Below, piece by piece: positions 60,315 to 64,000 of a DNA stretch of 64,000 nucleotides (position 1 is its first letter; the number at the start of each line of letters is the position of its first letter). The position numbers and the translations under genes are program-made. Source of the DNA: Thermoleophilia bacterium (GTDB lineage: Bacteria; Actinomycetota; Thermoleophilia; RBG-16-64-13); NCBI GenBank assembly GCA_050943595.1, contig JBMNPM010000007.1, forward strand, positions 6,288 through 70,287, read 5' to 3'. The notes below the pieces were generated by a model, which had not been told where the DNA came from, did not search any database, and was given only the letters and a program-made list of their open reading frames with translations.

Positions 60315-60544
60315 AATGTCCGCGGCTCCAGCCAGACCGCGCACAAGTGAAGAGGACTGCCAAGTCGCGCAACGGGGACTCGCCGTGGCAACCATCTGAA
60401 AGTTCCGCCTGGTCCGTCCGGTCGGTCCCTCAGTCCATGCGCAGGCCCCGTCTGATGCTCGAGTCCTGCCGCTTCAACCGCGAATCGGCTACAATCGCTC
60501 TGCGTTGCGCGCGGCTGTACGAAAGGCCCGCCAGGCGCCCATGT

Positions 60545-60633
60545 GGAGAGGTGGCAGAGCGGTTGAATGCGGCGGTCTCGAAAACCGTTGGGCCGTGCAA
60601 GCGGTCCCGGGGGTTCGAATCCCCCCCTCTCCG
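60545..60633 (+). tRNA. tRNA-Ser (anticodon CGA).
   Basis: GGAGAGG acceptor pairs with CCTCTCC; anticodon loop CUCGAAA; long variable arm; GGTTCGAAT T-loop. Confidence 0.8.
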
Positions 60634-60972
60634 CCTCGTCACCACCTACCCAAAAGTCACCTGCCGATATTAAAGGCAGGAGCTCTCAGCAGGGCCTTGG
60701 AGGAGATTCCGAGCCCGCGAGGGTGCAGGCGTCAGCAAGACAGTCCCTTCGGACAGGGGGCCGCGCCGGTGTCATCGAGTAAGAACACTATTGTGACGAG
60801 ATTAAGGAAATCGTAGGGCAGTCATGGGCGGGGCATTCGACAGTACGAACGAACTCCAGCATCCCAGAGGTGAACAGCCGCGTACGTAGTGTCGCTCCGC
60901 CTAGAGGCTGCCGAAGGGTACCGAGTGTCACAGCCGCTCGCTTCTGGGCGATTCGGTGGCTGGGTGCAAAAA

Positions 60973-63747
60973 CTAGAAGGGAGTGGGGGTAGGAAGGAGC
61001 ATGTGATGCCTCTGGATGGCCGCCTCTTCTTCCTCAAGGACCCCGAGGAAAGCCTCGACCATATGTGGATCGAGCTGGGTGCCCATCACTCTCCTGAGCT
61101 CGGCCTTTGCATGATAGGGCGAGAGTCCCTTGCGGTAAGGGCGGTCGGTAGTCATAGCAGAGTAGGAGTCTGCGACGGCCAGAATCCGTCCGAGCAGGGG
61201 GATCTCCTCCCCTTTCAGGCCCCGCGGGTATCCTTTACCATCGTAGCGTTCATGGTGTGCACCCACTGCACTGGCAACCTCCTCTTGGTTGGGCATCCCC
61301 TGGACGATGAGTTCACTCAAGGTTACGTGGTGCTTGACCACCTCGAACTCCGTGTCGCTCAGCTTGGTGGGTTTGCGCAGGATGTGATCCGGCACACCCA
61401 GCTTACCCACGTCGTGGAGGAGTGCAGCCGTTCTCAACAAGTGCTGGGTGTCGGGGGGGAGCCCCAGCTTGGCGGCAAGAGCTACGGCGTATACGGCCAC
61501 ATCCTCAGAATGACGACGCGTGTAGTGATCCTTGCTGTCTACGGTTGTCACCAGCCCGTCGAGTACGGAGAAACGTGCGAGCGCCGTCTTGTGGTCAATG
61601 TCGTCGTCGCTGGAAGGCGTGACGAAGCCCCTCCCTTGTTTCTTGGAGCTGTATAGGTTGGCATCTGCGGCGGCCAATATTTCCGCCGGGGTTTGCCCGT
61701 CACAGGGGAAGGTCGACACACCGTAGCTCATCTGGATCGATGTGGTGCGGCCATCATCGACCATGTAAGGGCTGTCTTTAATATAAGGGCTGTCTTTAAT
61801 AGTGGTACGGAGGCGGGCCAACACGTTGAGGGCGACATCGGTGTCGGTATCGGGGAGTACGATGATGAATTCATCTCCACCTAGACGGGCGATGATGTCA
61901 TTGGGTCGGAGTGAGGTGGTGAGAATAGCGGCTATGCTCTGCAACACTCGGTCGCCGACGACGTGTCCGTAAGCCTCGTTGAAGCGCCTGAAGTCGTCGA
62001 TGTCGATTATGATCAGACTGAAGGTTGAGCCCGAATGGCTACAACGTTCCACCTCCCGATCTAAGTATCTGTTCAGGCCACGGTTATTGAGAAGGCGGGT
62101 GACGGAGTCGTGTTCGGCCAAGAATTGAGCGTGCTCATAGCGGCGGACGTTATCCAGGACTCCGGCGATCTGTGAGGCGACGGTGTTAACCAGCATCCGC
62201 ACCTCCTTCTTTGCACCGAAGTCGGGATCTGTGCTGACTAGACACAGGGCTCCCATATTGACATCTCGTGAGATGAGCGGCGCCACGATCACCCTTTCGA
62301 AATCGACGCTGGGACGAGGGGGAATACTGGAGTGATCTTCCCCTCGGGTGATATGTGGGATGTCGAGACAAACCACTGACTGCTCGGTCGTGGCGACCTG
62401 CAACTCCTCCGAGGTTTCCAGCAGGTCTCGGAGCGTCTCCCAGGATGCGTGGGAGAAACCGTCATTCTCGAGAAGCTTCGCCTCGCCTTGGTCGGTGCGG
62501 ATCCACAGAGTACCGGCGTCTGCACCCACGATCTTGCAGGCCAGTCTCGTGCCGGTATGGAACACCCCGATACTGGTGGTGCAACGGGTGATTACCATCG
62601 CCATCGTGCTTATGTAAGTCAGGCATTCCTTCTCGGCGATCAACTCTGCCGTTCGTTCGATGACTCGATGTTCGAGCTCATTGTGGGACTCTTCCAGGGC
62701 CAGTTCTGCCGTTTTATGGGCGGTGACGTTGCGGAGTACCAAGATGGCCCCGCAGATATGGCCTCGGCTGTCACGGAGCGCAGAGACATTTCTGTCGTAG
62801 TATTCCCCCTCGTGCTTCCACTCGCGCACTTTGTCGTTGTTCCCTTCGGGGGCTTGTCCCGTAGACATCGAGCAGGGGGGAGCCATGGCCATGAGTTTAT
62901 CCAACGGCATACCCGCTGCATCAGTCAGCTTGGTGGACAGCAACACCTCAGCCGCCGGATTGATGTAAACGCATCGCTGCATGGTGTCGGTGACAATAAG
63001 GGCATCGCTCATATGTCTGGTCACGAACTCTCGGGCCACGGGCGCGATGTCCAGTAGCCGGTAGCGGATAAAGCCCCAATAGAGGACAATTCCTACCCAA
63101 GCGAAAAGGGCGGGAGCATAGTTGATGGATTTGGGCGGCATGCCGTAGGTGTAGATGGCGTCCACCGTCAGAGGCACGATCGCGGCTGCCATCAGGGCAA
63201 AGGACTGCCGCTTGTAGAGACCGATTTCGCTGACAAACAGCACGATTAATACCACGAAGCCGGCCAGCATCAGGGTGTAATTGTAGGTGGAATCGACCCA
63301 CCACCATATGCCCCGGGTGCCGTGTAGGAGCAGATGGTCTCCGACCCTGTCCATGGCGAGCGAGCTGAAGATGAGCCCGTGTTTCTCGTTGGTCCATACG
63401 AGGATCTGGGTGACGACCGGAAGGGCACAGAGCCCCATCAGCATCTTTGACTTTGAGATCCTCGGTTGGACTCGTCCCGAGTACTGGGCCGCGAATATGA
63501 GCCAGGCGACACTAAGGGTGCTCGTGCCGATGAAGGAGAGTTTGCGAAAGAGCACGGCCGCTCCCAGACTGCCCGAGATCAACTCCAGTGCGGTCGTCCA
63601 GGCCCATATCGCACCGCCTATGGTGATCGCCGCCAGCGCAGTCGAGCCGGCTAGATGTCTGCGTCGTAACGCGAACACACCCACAGTGATCGATATCACG
63701 CCGGCCAACAGCATGAGGTGCATGTTGGTATTCGTCTGCCAAGTCAT
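60973..63747 (-). CDS. 7TM receptor - PAS - GAF - GGDEF - HD-GYP bifunctional c-di-GMP signalling protein.
   Basis: N-terminal 7 TM (7TMR-DISM-like), PAS, GAF-like, GGDEF (RLGGDEF, I-site RPND), C-terminal HD-GYP (LHDVGK...HHERYDGKGYP). Internal tandem DSPYIKDSPY. Confidence 0.85.
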   Translation of the reverse strand: MTWQTNTNMHLMLLAGVISITVGVFALRRRHLAGSTALAAITIGGAIWAWTTALELISGSLGAAVLFRKLSFIGTSTLSVAWLIFAAQYSGRVQPRISKSKMLMGLCALPVVTQILVWTNEKHGLIFSSLAMDRVGDHLLLHGTRGIWWWVDSTYNYTLMLAGFVVLIVLFVSEIGLYKRQSFALMAAAIVPLTVDAIYTYGMPPKSINYAPALFAWVGIVLYWGFIRYRLLDIAPVAREFVTRHMSDALIVTDTMQRCVYINPAAEVLLSTKLTDAAGMPLDKLMAMAPPCSMSTGQAPEGNNDKVREWKHEGEYYDRNVSALRDSRGHICGAILVLRNVTAHKTAELALEESHNELEHRVIERTAELIAEKECLTYISTMAMVITRCTTSIGVFHTGTRLACKIVGADAGTLWIRTDQGEAKLLENDGFSHASWETLRDLLETSEELQVATTEQSVVCLDIPHITRGEDHSSIPPRPSVDFERVIVAPLISRDVNMGALCLVSTDPDFGAKKEVRMLVNTVASQIAGVLDNVRRYEHAQFLAEHDSVTRLLNNRGLNRYLDREVERCSHSGSTFSLIIIDIDDFRRFNEAYGHVVGDRVLQSIAAILTTSLRPNDIIARLGGDEFIIVLPDTDTDVALNVLARLRTTIKDSPYIKDSPYMVDDGRTTSIQMSYGVSTFPCDGQTPAEILAAADANLYSSKKQGRGFVTPSSDDDIDHKTALARFSVLDGLVTTVDSKDHYTRRHSEDVAVYAVALAAKLGLPPDTQHLLRTAALLHDVGKLGVPDHILRKPTKLSDTEFEVVKHHVTLSELIVQGMPNQEEVASAVGAHHERYDGKGYPRGLKGEEIPLLGRILAVADSYSAMTTDRPYRKGLSPYHAKAELRRVMGTQLDPHMVEAFLGVLEEEEAAIQRHHMLLPTPTPF

Positions 63748-63837
63748 ACTGTCCTACCCGTCCACGAGCGATTCTATGACCACCTTCGGCGTTGGCGAAG
63801 CTTGACTTGAGCTGTTCGTTGGTTGACATGGAGTCAG

Positions 63838-64000
63838 ACTGTGATGAGATTCAGCACCACGGCATCGTTTGTCGGATCAGCAGCCGCCACGTACGTAGAC
63901 TCACCTAGGGCCGAAAGCACGTGTCCGAGCACCATCACGAACGTGTCAAGGGCGGCAGGAAATCTGTAGGACCCATTATAACTTCTCTTCATATAATAAT
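63838..64000 (-). repeat. Duplicated promoter + 5' coding cassette of the SLH gene 56896-59211 (start codon region deleted).
   Basis: 63838-63940 is ~90% identical to 59020-59110 (encodes VMVLGHVLSALGESTYVAAADPTNDAVVLN), and 63950-64000 resembles 59260-59330. The window ends inside the repeat. Confidence 0.6.

Overview
High-GC (~63%) bacterial chromosomal segment. SLH-domain surface proteins, the anaerobic cbi cobalamin pathway, class III RNR and PdxS suggest an anaerobic Gram-positive-type organism. The core is a ~25 kb minus-strand block: cobalamin riboswitch candidate -> nrdD-nrdG-metE-cobD-cbiA-cbiC-cbiD/E(fusion)-cbiT-cbiL-cbiF-cbiG-cbiH-cbiJ/cobA(fusion)-cobQ, then a canonical cobalamin riboswitch with intrinsic terminator, an inserted MITE-like repeat, and a periplasmic cbiK - tandem-domain lipoprotein - BtuF-like SBP - FecCD permease - ABC ATPase (with extra C-terminal domain) - cbiB. 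The window encodes five GGDEF c-di-GMP signalling proteins. Three of them sit in strongly AT-rich, compositionally foreign islands flanked by IS1182-family transposase remnants. Further features: a ~165-bp MITE-like repeat family (3 full copies plus fragments); a phased array of DnaA-box-like 9-mers next to an AT-rich tract; a leuS remnant; a frameshifted subtilisin pseudogene; two SLH proteins with a duplicated promoter/5' cassette at the window edge; tRNA-Ser(GCU), tRNA-Arg(ACG) and tRNA-Ser(CGA); a Mo-bisMGD oxidoreductase; carB without carA; pdxS without pdxT but with a terminator-containing leader; and an orphan promoter-to-terminator sRNA candidate. All calls are from manual reading of the sequence and the supplied ORF translations; no database search was run.
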